A stretch of DNA of 63,858 nt, the filler included, from Stramenopiles sp. TOSAG23-2 (lineage: Eukaryota): the NCBI GenBank assembly GCA_900128395.1. It is 17 parts of 17 records of this genome, joined end to end, with 100 filler letters (N's around TTAATTAATTAA, not from the genome) between each part and the next. Parts side by side here need not be neighbours in the genome. Positions count along the whole stretch, not along the records: positions 20,602 to 24,613 come from LT651028.1; positions 24,714 to 28,718 come from LT651029.1; positions 28,819 to 32,816 come from LT651030.1; positions 32,917 to 36,913 come from LT651031.1; 13 more parts are not named here. The stretch is one strand, 5' to 3'. This document shows positions 21,373 to 33,754 of the stretch, piece after piece (position 1 is the first letter of the stretch; every line of letters begins with the position of its first letter). The notes beneath the pieces were generated by a model. That model was given only the letters and a program-made list of their open reading frames with translations, did not search any database and was not told the DNA's origin. Made by a program: the position numbers and the translations under genes.

Positions 21373-22957
21373 TTAAAATATATATTCACTACTTCCACCG
21401 CCATTATAATTAGTAGCTGCTGATGGAGTTAATAATCTCTCCTCCTTCTGTTTCAAATCCTCGTAATCTTTACGTAAATACCGTTCTTTGACAAAAACCA
21501 TAATGATAATAATAGTACCTAATACAGTACAAGGCATTAAGAAATTTATATCTGATGTTCTAATTGACGTTTTAAAAACCAATAAGATCAATGCGCCTGC
21601 GTTATTAAAAATAGTAATTAAACCCCCAGACGTAGCCTCTGTAGTTGGATATGTCAATTCTACACCAAATTCATAAAATAGTGGATTTGTACTGCCTAAA
21701 AAGAAACTAGAACCTATGATTGCAATAGCTAATGAAGTAAACGATGTTTTAAATATCGGTGTATTCATTGTTAAAAATGGCAAGGATAAGGTAAACCATA
21801 TAAATAGTATGGTTGAACATGTCAATAACAATAGCATTGCTAATTTATATCGCCGTTTAAAATATTCCACTCGATCAATTACAGGTCCTAGTGCAAGGCC
21901 ACCGATGCAATATGCAGCCGTAGATGATGCGCCTAATACTGCACATTGCTTTGTTGTTAAAATCGCATTAGGTATGATTGTATCCAAACTCCCACTCCAT
22001 ACGTTATATATACCACCAACTGCACCACCTACAATAGCTAGCCATACGAATTCAGGAATTTGCATTGCTTTTTTTGTATCTTGCCAAAATAGATATGGAG
22101 ATGTATCATTACTTTCTAATTTAAATTGCTTTTCCCTGGAATCAGAAGATGGTGATGCTGGTGTTGGTGGTTTACTTGGAAAATATGCGATGACAAATAA
22201 TAATGCTACCATTACAATTCCAAAATGAATCCACAACAACTTTGGTAAATTATCTATAGAATCATTTACAACAAATGCGCCAAAAAAACCAGTGAAACTG
22301 CCAACTGCGTGTAGTAGTAAGTGAGGTTAGAAAGACCATATGGATTGAATTTTGAATGCACTTTACAAAAAAAAACTTACTATTATTGGCAATGACTGCA
22401 ATGCTTGTTGCAGTACCTCTCTCGTTACTTGGAAACCATGTAGCTGACAATAACGTGCATGTAGCCATAACCAACGGCCCAACTGCAGCATTGCATATTT
22501 GACCTAAATGCACACATGGGATCATATACCACGGTGGCTGTTTACTATCATGGTGGGGGTTGTAAAATATTGTTGGTATGACTCTCAAAGCCACTGCTGC
22601 CGTTTCTAAACCAATTGATAAAATAACAACCTTACGGAGAGCATTTTTTCTTGTGGAAAGATACATAGTAGGAAAAACTGTAACAAGATAAATTATTGGA
22701 CCCCAATTTAAGAATAAATCTACTGTAGATTGCCCAGGTCCACTTTCATTTGTACATTCTGCTTCTGTTGTGCATAACTTATAATATCGTTTTGTTGTTT
22801 CTGCAACTGGTGAATATGTCAACCATATCATACTTTGAATTAAACTAACTAAAGAATAAACAAACAGCACATACCAACGTACAGGATATGCTTTAAAAGT
22901 TGGATTTGATGATGTTGTTGTTATTGTATTAGATGATGATGATGATGTATATCCCAT
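21373..22957 (-). CDS. MFS transporter, DIRC2/SLC49 (FLVCR) family; intron 22305-22380
   Basis: YPVRWYVL, WLTYSPV, LLSATWFPSNERGTATSI, YEFGVELTYP. A 76-nt GTAAGT...CTAAC...GCAG intron joins the two track ORFs in frame (ANN|IGSFTGFF). Confidence 0.92.
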
Positions 22958-23189
22958 GATGATTCTATTTTAATATCTATTGGTATATCTCTTTTTATCT
23001 AGATAATTGTATCTACCGTGTATTGATTGATTGATTAATATTATGATACAATGGATCGAACAAGATAGAATGAAAAGTCTTTTGTCTATATATATATTTT
23101 CAGATGAACCTGTCGTAGGTAACATATATGATATATGAATTAGAATATAAAAATACCATTATAAGAAGCGACCAGTGATTTTGTGTGTA

Positions 23190-23278
23190 GGCGGCTATCC
23201 AGCTATAATGAGCTAGGAGCTACTCTGTAGAGCTACAGTAGAGCTAGCTACCTGCTAGACTACAGCTGGCGGCTACCA
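23190..23278. promoter_or_regulatory. AGCT-rich GC island in divergent intergenic region
   Basis: Repeated (G)AGCTA units bracketed by GGCGGCTA, between head-to-head genes. Confidence 0.4.
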
Positions 23279-23634
23279 TATACACAGTACACAGGCCAAA
23301 AAGAAAAAAATAATGGGATGGATACGGTCACATCAAAACCACAGTATTTTCAGCACATCAAATCCAAATTAAAAGTTTTTAAATAATGTTGAACATAGTC
23401 GTCTATAAATGGAAATATGAAATATAATAATGCTATATGCCTACTATACCAGGTACAATATAATAATAGTAGTATGTAAATGATTATAATTATTCGAAAT
23501 ATAAATATATAAATACCCACAAAAGATAGATAGATATCAATGTACATATCAATGTACCAACAAGACAAAAGAAGACAAGATATATATAAAAACAATACTA
23601 TATCAAATACAAAGCAATTATATCATTACAAAAC

Positions 23635-24613
23635 ATGATTTCTAAAATGAAAATCACTATGGCAAATATGATATGTACATTTCTCTTCATGTTATTTACC
23701 ACAACATTTACAAATGCTGCGTTACCGCCTGGTATTGAAGATGTGCTATTTTGCCCAAAGAATTATTGCCTTACAAACAATCCGAAGGCGGTTTATAAGA
23801 TGGGAAGGCTAAGTAGTTTAAAAATCTGTAAAATGAAAGCTAGTGGAACATATCAACACGATTTTGTTCCTGTTACTGTATGGGGAACTAGACAAGAAAA
23901 TGCAAAACAAAGATTGGAAACACTCTTGAAACGAAATTTTCATGAAAATCCATGTGAAGATGATGGCATGATGGTGAAGGATGAAAATTTTTATGACATG
24001 AGCAGCGACGCATTTGATGCAAATGCTTTTAACGTACCTCGACCAGATGGATTGACTCAACCTATTGATCCAGGTTTCGGTCCAGGTAATGGCGATGGTG
24101 GTTATCCAGGCGATGGTGGTTATCCAGACGATGGTGGTTATCCAAGTTACGACTCGTTGCAAAGTCAAAAAGACGTTTATGAAACTATTTGTAAGAAAAA
24201 GAGTGGATTCGAATGTAAATCAGTAAAGAAAATTAATCTGCCAGCTGGGAAGCAAAGGGTTGTTTGCAGAAGCAAGACATCTTGCGCTTGGTTTAATGAA
24301 GCCAACGGTAAATTTTATAATGTTATATTACATAAAAAAAATCCAAACAAAGTCTTACGAATCTCGGTAAACCAAGGACAACTTCAAAGTATTTTAGATA
24401 AAGCTTCTGGAGGTAGTATGTCTTTCGATGAAATGGACGATGAAAGAAATGACGTAATGTCTGAATCTGATACTTTGAAATCAAACCCTGATTCATTTGT
24501 TGATATTGGCCATAAAATAATTGATGATGTTGCTGGTTCTTCTTCAGCTGCTGCAGCAAAACTGCCAATGAAATCAAAAACAAGCACTGCTACTAATAAA
24601 AAAAAAAAAAAAA
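23635..24613 (+). CDS. Secreted hypothetical protein with Cys motifs and DGGYP repeats (3'-truncated)
   Basis: Signal-peptide-like N-terminus, CPKNYC motif, three DGGYP units; runs into the linker. Confidence 0.65.
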
Positions 24614-24714
24614 NNNNNNNNNNNNNNNNNNNNNNNNNNNNNNNNNNNNNNNNNNNNTTAATTAATTAANNNNNNNNNNNNNNNNNNNNNNNNNNNNNNN
24701 NNNNNNNNNNNNNG

Positions 24715-27264
24715 GAAAACAATGTATCTAGTCAATTGTGGGAGAAAGATAATTTTAATATGGTAGATGATGAAAATTTAATATGGTTACCTGAACATCT
24801 AACTCCTTCTAGACTGGAACGAGCTTTACGAACTAATAATTATATTGGCATACCAGATCATATACATATTGTAAAAATCGACAAACGAAGAATTGGCGTT
24901 GGTACTGGGTTTCTTTCAAATATGAATAAATGCAAAGTACAATATAATGTGTCAAAGGAAGAAGCTGCAAAGTACAAGTTACCAGAATATATGATTGCAA
25001 AATTGACGCCAGCAGATGCTGATTTACAAACACGCATACGTTGTCGTGCCTCAAGATATTTATTGACAGAATTTAGTATGTATAAACATTTCATGTCGAA
25101 ACGAATTGTCAATCATGAAAGAAAAGGTTCTTTTATACCAGTACAGCGTAAAGATGGTGGTAAATCGTCTGCGTCATCGAAATCATCCTCTGAGGATGGA
25201 TACAATGTTGCTACATTATTATATGGTACTTACAATCCTATATTGGATCGCAGTACAATCATTTTGGAAGATCTATCAGAACGGAATGGACGAATGAGGG
25301 ATCAATTAGAAGGTCATGATTATGAAGAATCTAAAAAGATTTTAAAATATGCAGCTGCATTTCATGCTGATTTTTGGGGTATCAAACCATTGGAAATTGA
25401 CCAGGATTTAAATTTTGTCCGAGAAGTGGTTGGTGCTTCGGTATATCTTAAATTTAATGGTGAAAAATATGTAAATGGTATTGAAGGAATGTATACACTG
25501 GCTGGTGAATTAGGCTTTGCTAGAACTAGTATCCCAGCACGTTCATTACGTTTATTTGGGGAAAATTTTGTTGAATTTTTAAGTGCATGGTTACCTGTGG
25601 ATGAATTAAATGATGAGACTGGAATCAGTGGAACCAACACAGCTGTAACGCTTTGCCATGGAGACCTACGAAGTGATAATACATTTTTTTGCGACAATGA
25701 TATTAACGTTGTACCAATTGATTATCAAGCTGTCAGAAAATTTGTTCCAGAATTAGATATTGCATATTTCCTATCCCAATCATTGGATCCAGCTGTGCGA
25801 CGAGAGACACAAACAGATTTGCTACTTCAATATTACCATGATATGATCTCTTATCGTGGTGGAGTTGAAAATTTTTATCCATTGGAGATCATGTTGGCAA
25901 GATTACAAACTGCTATTATATATGCAAATCGTACATCCTTATTGCTTGAAGGTATTGGTGGTAGAGTTCGTGATCCTGAAGTATCGGAACGTGGTGGTGA
26001 TTTATTTGAGGCAATGAATTCGAGAGGGATGATAGCAATGGAAGAATGGGGTTCTTTAAATGCTGCTAAAGCACAAATTGAGAGAGGGAATCGCCAACCT
26101 ACCGTTGAAGAAGCACGTAAATTAATTAAAGGCACGTCGTTAGAAAGTGTTTTATGGGAAGAAAAGAGAAGGAATCAGTCATCGTTAAAAACTACTAGTT
26201 ATACGGTAAAGGATGATTCTACCACTATGTTAATATCTGATATTGATGGTACTATGATTGGTGATGATGCAGCAATACATCGTTTTAACCATGTTTGGAA
26301 AAATGAAATAAAATCAACGAAACAAATATTAGTATATAACACATCAAGGTCGTTAGATAGCTTTAAACGATTACGTTTAACTCGTAAAAGTCCGTTGCTT
26401 ATGCCTGATTTATTTATAGGGAACAATGGTTGTACTATGTGTACATTTAAAAATGGTGATGTTGAACAATTTGAATTGATCGATTCCTATACAAATTATT
26501 TGATAAAAGAAAATGGTGGATTTGACAAGGAGCAAGTACGAAACGTTACAAATAATGTAGTAAAACGTGTTATGGGGGATATACCAGGCGAACCTGTCAT
26601 GCCAGATCCAAAAACTGGTAGTAGTAGAGATGTGTTAATGAAACGTGAAAAATTTATATTATATCAAAGAGAAGATAAACCAGTCAATCCATTGAGAGTT
26701 TGCATTACGATGAGAACGAAAGATACACATAGGGATACAAAAATAATGGAAGAAGCATTATTGAAAGAATTCGATAAATTAACTTTGGAAAATAATTTTC
26801 CACCTGTATATATCAATGTAAGTTGGGTACAATTAGCACCTAGACGTGAAGGTGGTGATTATTCATTAAGAGCATCTGGATCTGATTCACAAGACATGGC
26901 ATTATTAGATATTGTACCACAAAGTGCTGGAAAAGGTGTTGCCGCTATATATGCACGTGAAGTTATTTTTAATGGTTTAATGAAAGAAAGCAATGTAATG
27001 GTTGCTGGAGATGGATGGAATGATGCGCCAATGTTTTTTGACAGTGGTAATGAACGTGGCTGTTTCGTCGGCAATGCAGAGAAAGAGCTCGTAGATGAAC
27101 ATATAATGATACCAAGGAAACGACATTATCATGCAAATGGATATTATGGTGCGGATGGTTTGATCGATGGCTTAAGACATTTTGGTTTTGCAAAATCAAA
27201 AAATGAAAGTGATGTTAAGATATTAACAATGGAGGAGCAACAAGTAGATAATTCGAAGTTGTGA
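24715..27264 (+). CDS. Fusion: ecdysteroid-kinase-like/APH phosphotransferase + sucrose-phosphatase-type HAD-IIB phosphatase, PTS1 (5'-truncated)
   Basis: ILEDLS, AAFHA, CHGDLRSDN, IDYQ, DIAYFL kinase motifs; ISDIDGT, YNTSRS, KG, AGDGWND, VGNA HAD motifs; ends SKL. Confidence 0.85.
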   Translation, partial: ENNVSSQLWEKDNFNMVDDENLIWLPEHLTPSRLERALRTNNYIGIPDHIHIVKIDKRRIGVGTGFLSNMNKCKVQYNVSKEEAAKYKLPEYMIAKLTPADADLQTRIRCRASRYLLTEFSMYKHFMSKRIVNHERKGSFIPVQRKDGGKSSASSKSSSEDGYNVATLLYGTYNPILDRSTIILEDLSERNGRMRDQLEGHDYEESKKILKYAAAFHADFWGIKPLEIDQDLNFVREVVGASVYLKFNGEKYVNGIEGMYTLAGELGFARTSIPARSLRLFGENFVEFLSAWLPVDELNDETGISGTNTAVTLCHGDLRSDNTFFCDNDINVVPIDYQAVRKFVPELDIAYFLSQSLDPAVRRETQTDLLLQYYHDMISYRGGVENFYPLEIMLARLQTAIIYANRTSLLLEGIGGRVRDPEVSERGGDLFEAMNSRGMIAMEEWGSLNAAKAQIERGNRQPTVEEARKLIKGTSLESVLWEEKRRNQSSLKTTSYTVKDDSTTMLISDIDGTMIGDDAAIHRFNHVWKNEIKSTKQILVYNTSRSLDSFKRLRLTRKSPLLMPDLFIGNNGCTMCTFKNGDVEQFELIDSYTNYLIKENGGFDKEQVRNVTNNVVKRVMGDIPGEPVMPDPKTGSSRDVLMKREKFILYQREDKPVNPLRVCITMRTKDTHRDTKIMEEALLKEFDKLTLENNFPPVYINVSWVQLAPRREGGDYSLRASGSDSQDMALLDIVPQSAGKGVAAIYAREVIFNGLMKESNVMVAGDGWNDAPMFFDSGNERGCFVGNAEKELVDEHIMIPRKRHYHANGYYGADGLIDGLRHFGFAKSKNESDVKILTMEEQQVDNSKL

Positions 27265-27531
27265 ATTTGGAGAGAGATCTATTATATATGAGATACGAAT
27301 ACTCATTTAGATATTCAGAAATTTTGTGTGTTTTTTTGGTCCGTAATTATTTTAAAATAAAATCAATAAAATATGCTTATATGATAAATTATGGTATCAT
27401 ATGATATTTAATGTGTGCTAGTACCACACAACGCACATAATGTATGATACACGTTTCGCAGTACAGAGACAGAATACGAATATTTTAATAAATAATATGA
27501 CTGAAAATGTTACACTCTCCTAATCACGATG

Positions 27532-28707
27532 TTATCGCTTCTTCCTCTTTAGTTGTACTAACCCCCCACCCTGCGGCTGAAAGTTATCAACGTTGTCATC
27601 ATCATTTTTTCGCTTGATTGGATTTACGTTACTTTCCATATTATTATTATCATTATTTCGTTTCACTGATATCAAAACATCTCCAAATGCTCTGGCAACA
27701 TCGGGTGTCCAGTCATTTTCAAAACGCCCTAGTCTATGTTGCCGACCAGCAACAACAACGTCAGTTATAGTCAATGTAGGTACTTTTCCTGCCTCTACTT
27801 TAACAGCAAGATTAGAAAACGAAGACATTAAATCATCAACACTTTTTGCAGATCCAAGATCATTTAAAGCTGCATTTGTATTTCCAATTTCTAATTCACA
27901 ATATTTAGGTACTTTATATGCACGTCCGATCATTGGGTTTTGCCAAGGAATAGCTGGAGCAAGCGATAATGTATTTCCACGAACTTCACCGCCTTTTTTA
28001 ATTGAAAAGCGATAAAAATCAGCTCCAAGAAGTTCTAATGGGGAGAAACATGCATACCCAATTAAATCAAATTTGCTTGAGATAATCTCAATTTTGTTAT
28101 TATTATTTTGAAGCATCTTTGGATCAACAATCATGCCTTTAGAATCAATGTTTTGAATAAAACCGGTTACAAGTTCAACACCTGCACTTTTCCCCACCCA
28201 ATTATACTCATACGTACCTTCAGGTGCCGCTGCAAGATTCCACTGGATATAACCAACAACCCAATTTTTATTTGGTGGACATTGTATTTTTTTTGCTGAT
28301 ATATACTCCATATTGTATTGTGTAAGGACATTTAAATGCATGGACATTGTATATGAATACGCACCGTCAGAATCTATCCAACTTGCATCTAAAGAGAAAT
28401 CTGGACTAGTTGGTAGTCCAGAATTGGAACCAAATGGCAAAAATGCTTTATACGAGAATCGTTCTAGCTGTTTATAATCAACAATTTTTTCATATGCAGG
28501 GTTTGAATCTATAAGATATTTATCTTTTTCATCACGACTTAATTCTTTCCCACCAGCTAAAAATTCTCCAACTCGAGCTATTGCCACGGAATTATATGCC
28601 CAATTTGCTCCTTTGGAAATTAAGACTCGGCTAACTATATTTTTCAAAGCATCTTGTTCTAAAAATGTGTATTGGTTATTATTATTATTTTCATTATTAA
28701 AATCCAT
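27532..28707 (-). CDS. Hypothetical protein with C-terminal NLS-like KRKKR
   Basis: 391-aa ORF with globular-looking composition; no family recognised; may extend past the contig end. Confidence 0.65.
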   Translation of the reverse strand: MDFNNENNNNNQYTFLEQDALKNIVSRVLISKGANWAYNSVAIARVGEFLAGGKELSRDEKDKYLIDSNPAYEKIVDYKQLERFSYKAFLPFGSNSGLPTSPDFSLDASWIDSDGAYSYTMSMHLNVLTQYNMEYISAKKIQCPPNKNWVVGYIQWNLAAAPEGTYEYNWVGKSAGVELVTGFIQNIDSKGMIVDPKMLQNNNNKIEIISSKFDLIGYACFSPLELLGADFYRFSIKKGGEVRGNTLSLAPAIPWQNPMIGRAYKVPKYCELEIGNTNAALNDLGSAKSVDDLMSSFSNLAVKVEAGKVPTLTITDVVVAGRQHRLGRFENDWTPDVARAFGDVLISVKRNNDNNNMESNVNPIKRKNDDDNVDNFQPQGGGLVQLKRKKR

Positions 28708-28818
28708 CGTTCTTAAAGNNNNNNNNNNNNNNNNNNNNNNNNNNNNNNNNNNNNNNNNNNNNTTAATTAATTAANNNNNNNNNNNNNNNNNNNNNNNNNN
28801 NNNNNNNNNNNNNNNNNN

Positions 28819-28856
<38 letters not shown>

Positions 28857-28900
28857 TATAATGCGTATGTTTATCTATCGATCGATCGATAAAAACTTAC

Positions 28901-28970
28901 CTTTAAATTCATCATCTCCGAAAAAATCACGTTCCCATATACGACCATGTAATCCTTTTATTAATGTTGA

Positions 28971-29002
<32 letters not shown>

Positions 29003-29339
29003 CACTTTGATTATGTTGCATACGAAAGAAAATATTTACATTCCATTCATTTGTACTTGTCACTGCTGTAAATGCACGTGATGTTGAAATGTCACCATTA
29101 TTAATTCGTTTTCCTATATTTAAACGTTGCATCATAACATTGTTATTATTGTTTCCCCCATTACCATTATCTAAATGGACAACACAATATAAACAACTTG
29201 ATGATGTTACACAATTAGATGAATAAAGTGTGCTTGATTGTAAATTTATTACATCCAATATATTCAAATGTATAGTATAGTGATAATTATCGTCACTGCA
29301 ATCTGGCAAATAAGAGGATAACATATCGACATATTTCAT
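28901..29339 (-). CDS. Exon of a C2-domain-like protein
   Basis: IWERDFFGDDEF resembles a C2 Ca-binding loop; followed by AG|GTAAGT donor at 28900. Confidence 0.4.
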
Positions 29340-29859
29340 GATGAATTTGTTGTTTGTTGTTGATGTGACAATTGTTTGTGTTGCGTTTGATTCTGTTATT
29401 AATTGGTATTAATACAGTTCGTGATAATACTGTTTTGAATGATCGATATCGATATGTGTTTGATCGAAAATGATATTGTCGAAATGTATGTAAAAAATGT
29501 GTCCCTCCCACGATATCTCCTTGATTAATTTGTGATATTATAAATATTTTATAATCAAATATTATTTTACCGGACTTTATAATGTGTGCGTTAATATGAT
29601 ACTTTTATATATGAAAAAATGACGAGGCAGCCACTCAATCAATGTGTTGAGTTTCTTTTTGATTAAAAAACCAAATAAAACATTCAGAATAAACAACTAA
29701 ATGACTATGTGTGTATAAATCTCTCTTTACACCTCTTTGTATTAATTGACATATTATATATATATTTGATCATTCAATTCAAAAAAGGATAAATAATTTA
29801 TTTAATGTGTATAGGGGTATCGTAGTTGGTAGTATATAAATAAATATATATTAATTAAT

Positions 29860-30115
29860 TAATTATTATTTTATGTCCATATATATGAACATCCCTTCCA
29901 CTTGTTGATACCCGTTTGATCCATCTATTTGTTGATCCATCTATTTGTTGTATAGCATTTAAATGTGATATCATATTAGAACTAAGTTGATTATTCATTA
30001 GCCACAATCTCTTTAATGTATTGTTTGTTTTTAATCCATCAATAATACTTTTATCAGTAATATTATTTAGGGTCAACCACTTTAATGTATTGTTTGATTT
30101 TAATCCTTCACCAGT
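29860..30115 (-). pseudogene. Decayed RNI-like leucine-rich-repeat fragment
   Basis: EGLKSNNTLKWLTLNNIT and DGLKTNNTLKRLWLMNNQL units; no credible start upstream. Confidence 0.6.
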
Positions 30116-30297
30116 ACATGTCCAAATGATATGTTTGATATATATGTATATATGAAACTTTTTTATATGTATAGTCATATTCGTGCAAAAAAATGGCCTA
30201 TTTTGCATTTTATGAAAATAAGATCCCTTAAACTGTACGTAGGAGCAGATTCTCCCACTAGAAGAGGATTTTCCACATCTAAAAAAATACATAAACA

Positions 30298-31260
30298 ATA
30301 TATAGTAAAACAATATAATAAAACAACAAGGAGGAAGGAGGAAGGAGGGCTATAAAAGCTATTATATATAAGCTATAAGACCGATCAAATTCTATCAAAC
30401 TCCGACTGAATTTGAACATAAAATAACACATATATTAATGTAATAGAAATATATAGTAAAACAATATAATAAAACAACAAGGAGGAAGGAGGAAGGAGGG
30501 CTATAAAAGCTATTATATATAAGCTATAAAGCCGATCAAATTCTATCAAACTCCGACTGAATTTGAACATAAAATAACACATATATTAATGTAATAAAAT
30601 ATGCAAACATGCAGACATTTCTTGACCCTTATTTATACTTCACCTGGATCTTAGACTGCTACAAATCCCTAATTCCTAAAAATAACAAAATAACACATAA
30701 CACGTATATCAATGTAATAAAATATGCAGACATGCAGACATTTCTTGAACCATATTTATACTTAATCCATATTTATACTTCACCTGGATCTTAGACTGCT
30801 ACGAATCCCTAATCCCTAAAGTTAATAAAACAACGCCTATCACAACCTTTGAACATAAAAATAACAAAATAACACATATATTAATGTAATAAAATATGCA
30901 AACATGCAGACATTTCTTGACCCTTATTTATACTTCACCTGGATCTTAGACTGCTACAAATCCCTAATTCCTAAAAATAACAAAATAACACATAACACGT
31001 ATATCAATGTAATAAAATATGCAGACATGCAGACATTTCTTGAACCATATTTATACTTAATCCATATTTATACTTCACCTGGATCTTAGACTGCTACGAA
31101 TCCCTAATCCCTAAAGTTAATAAAACAACGCCTATCACAACCTTTGAACATAAAAATAACAAAATAACACATATATTAATGTAATAAAATATGCAAACAT
31201 GCAGACATTTCTTGACCCATATTTATACTTAATCCGTATCTTAGACTACTACGAATCCCT
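30298..31260. repeat. Nested tandem repeat array (151-bp x2, then 295-bp x about 2.3 with internal subrepeats)
   Basis: 30301 matches 30452; 30609 matches 30904 (identical 61-aa track ORFs). Confidence 0.9.
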
Positions 31261-31386
31261 CATCTCATCAAACATAGAATTTTCAACACAAAATCAATTA
31301 AAGCAACGAAAACAAATAGAGAAAAAGGTAAAAAATGGATAATTGACGACTACAAAGTGATGTAAAACAAATGTGAAAGCAATAAA

Positions 31387-31959
31387 ATGATCAAAATATA
31401 TATTAAAAAATACCAACCATTGCTACGGTTAAGAAAATTACAACAGAAATATAAAAGTACGAAGAAAAATAATAATCATCATCAACATCATGTTAAAAAA
31501 ATATTATCAAAACCAACATGGTCCATTAAAGAAACGTTAATTGATAATAATGTAAATACTACTACTACTACTACCACTGCCACTAGTACTACTACTATCA
31601 ATGATACTGAATTAAATCGCTTGGCAAATTTATCACAGATAGAAATAAAGGAGGATGAAAAAGAGATCTATAAAATACGTTTAAATAAAATATTAAATTT
31701 TGCATCGACTATTGATAATAATTTGGAAATACAACAACATCATGATAATAATAATAATAATGAACATTTTACAACATTAAATCATGAATATAATTTATTA
31801 TTACGAGAGGATCAACTGTCTTTAAAAAGCAATAACGACAATGATGATAATGTCATATTACAAAACGCAACAACAAGTAAATGGAATTATTTTGTTGTTG
31901 ATCAAGCAATCAATGAAAAATTACATGATGATGATGAGGAGGAGGAGAAGGAAGAGTGA
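31387..31959 (+). CDS. GATC: Mitochondrial Glu-tRNA(Gln) amidotransferase subunit C
   Basis: Basic presequence, PTWS, ELNRLANLSQI, LNKILNFASTI, LRED, ILQNA, YFVV. Confidence 0.8.
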   Translation: MIKIYIKKYQPLLRLRKLQQKYKSTKKNNNHHQHHVKKILSKPTWSIKETLIDNNVNTTTTTTTATSTTTINDTELNRLANLSQIEIKEDEKEIYKIRLNKILNFASTIDNNLEIQQHHDNNNNNEHFTTLNHEYNLLLREDQLSLKSNNDNDDNVILQNATTSKWNYFVVDQAINEKLHDDDEEEEKEE

Positions 31960-32299
31960 ACGAGAGTACATCAAAACATGTATAAATATATCATCATAAT
32001 AAACTAAAATTGAAAAAATAATTATATTTTTTATTTTTGTATAAAAAATAATGTAAATCACCTCTCGACCTTCTCACTTCTCAACCTTCTCCCTTCTCGG
32101 CCTGTGGGTAACCTCTGCTTAAACACACACATGCACATATATTGATATAAGATAGTTTCTCTCTCATATACACATGCCCAAAGAGAGTCCAGAGAGTCTC
32201 CTTTTTCGTATCTCCGTCGGAATCTCCCCACAGTCATTGAACCGTGAAACCTTCCAACTTCCAGTGGTCATAGTATTAAACCATCCAACTTGCAGTCAT

Positions 32300-32815
32300 T
32301 TACAAATCAGTACTGCGTCTTTTTCCTCCTCCTCTTGTTCGTCGAGAGGATTTATTATTACCATCACCACCACCATTTGCAGTAGCATTCAAACCTGACG
32401 ACGATGACGATGATGTATTATTACTTGTTGAGGATGGAATATCATCTTGTTGAAACAACGATTGCATTGCTTCATAATCAATCTTCTTTGTCTTTTTACG
32501 ATCCATGGTATGATATGCAGCATCTGCAGCTGAACTATAACTAAGTGGCTTCTTACCACCACCACCACCACCACCATGATCTTTCTTATCATGTCCACCT
32601 TTACCATCTTTCCCTTTCTTCATTTTATTTCGTTTGTTTGATTGATTATTCCCTCTATTTGATGAATTATTATTATTATTTTTACGTTTACGTCCAGTTG
32701 TATTTTTATTATTTTGTTTTGAATTCGTATTTGTTATTGTTGTATTGTTTGAACTACCATTACCACCAGACGAAAGAATATTATTACCAACTTGATTCGT
32801 ATTATTATTAGTCGT
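32300..32815 (-). CDS. BRF1: 3' end of probable TFIIIB subunit Brf1
   Basis: SAADAAYHTMDRKKTKKIDYEAMQSLF resembles the Brf1 TBP-binding block (TAxEA..ML..K.S.KINY..L..LF); open to the contig end. Confidence 0.55.
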   Translation of the reverse strand, partial: TTNNNTNQVGNNILSSGGNGSSNNTTITNTNSKQNNKNTTGRKRKNNNNNSSNRGNNQSNKRNKMKKGKDGKGGHDKKDHGGGGGGGKKPLSYSSAADAAYHTMDRKKTKKIDYEAMQSLFQQDDIPSSTSNNTSSSSSSGLNATANGGGDGNNKSSRRTRGGGKRRSTDL

Positions 32816-33370
32816 TNNNNNNNNNNNNNNNNNNNNNNNNNNNNNNNNNNNNNNNNNNNNTTAATTAATTAANNNNNNNNNNNNNNNNNNNNNNNNNNNN
32901 NNNNNNNNNNNNNNNNCGAGTCGAGCTTTACACCGATATGTGATTTTCAAGATCGGGTTAGTTTAGGGTTATATACTAAAAAATGACCAAAATATTGAAA
33001 AATTATCAGAAATATCAGCAAAATACAATGTGTCGATTTTTTCTATCTAAATCTTCTACAAATTAATCCGTTATAAGACACACCTCTTAACACATGTCTA
33101 ACGGAAAGAAGTACATGAATATTTTGATCTAATTATGTTTTAAATGAAACCGACAAGGTAATGAAATTTTTCAAAATGATGATTATTTTTCAAATTAGCA
33201 TGGGCATAGGCTGGACTAAAAATGGAAAATTTAAAAATTACAAAAGGTAGTTTATTGGATATATGTATAAGTAACTTTACCAAAATAAGTATCCACAATC
33301 AATTTATATATGCTTGGTAATAAATATACCAGGTATATCAATATTATTGTATCTACTTCATATTTGAATA

Positions 33371-33754
33371 ACCGTTAAAAGTTGAAAAAAACGCGTAACC
33401 CTATAGCTGTAACTCTACTTGATAGGTGCTTTTCACTTGTAGTGTCGGCTCTGTCTTACACCATTTAGTACAAAATTATTATACTATATTTTTGATAGAG
33501 ATCAATATTCCAAAAATGATATTTACAATTTATGTAAAAAAGTGATTTTCCAACTAAAATATACCGTTAAAAGTTGAAAAAAACGCGTAACCCTATAGCT
33601 GTAACACTACTTGATAGGTGGTTTTCAACTGTAGTGTCGGCTCTGTCTTACACCATTTAGTACAAAATTACTATACTACATTTTTGATAGGTACAAATAT
33701 TCCAAAAATGAAATTTACAATTTATGTAAAAAATGACATTTCCATCTAAAATAT
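33371..33754. repeat. Diverged tandem duplication, 2 x 192 bp, in gene-free region
   Basis: ACCGTTAAAAGTTGAAAAAAACGCGTAACCCTATAGC at 33371 and 33563, with scattered substitutions. Confidence 0.9.

Noticed and set aside
29340-29540. Stop-codon reassignment suggested by one in-frame TAA upstream of the C2-like exon
   Set aside because: TAA, TAG and TGA all terminate conserved genes here and none occurs inside them.
30298-31260. CRISPR-like array
   Set aside because: Long tandem units with no unique spacers and no cas genes.
32955-32972. Telomere-like GGGTTAGTTTAGGGTTA
   Set aside because: Only about two degenerate units; no array.
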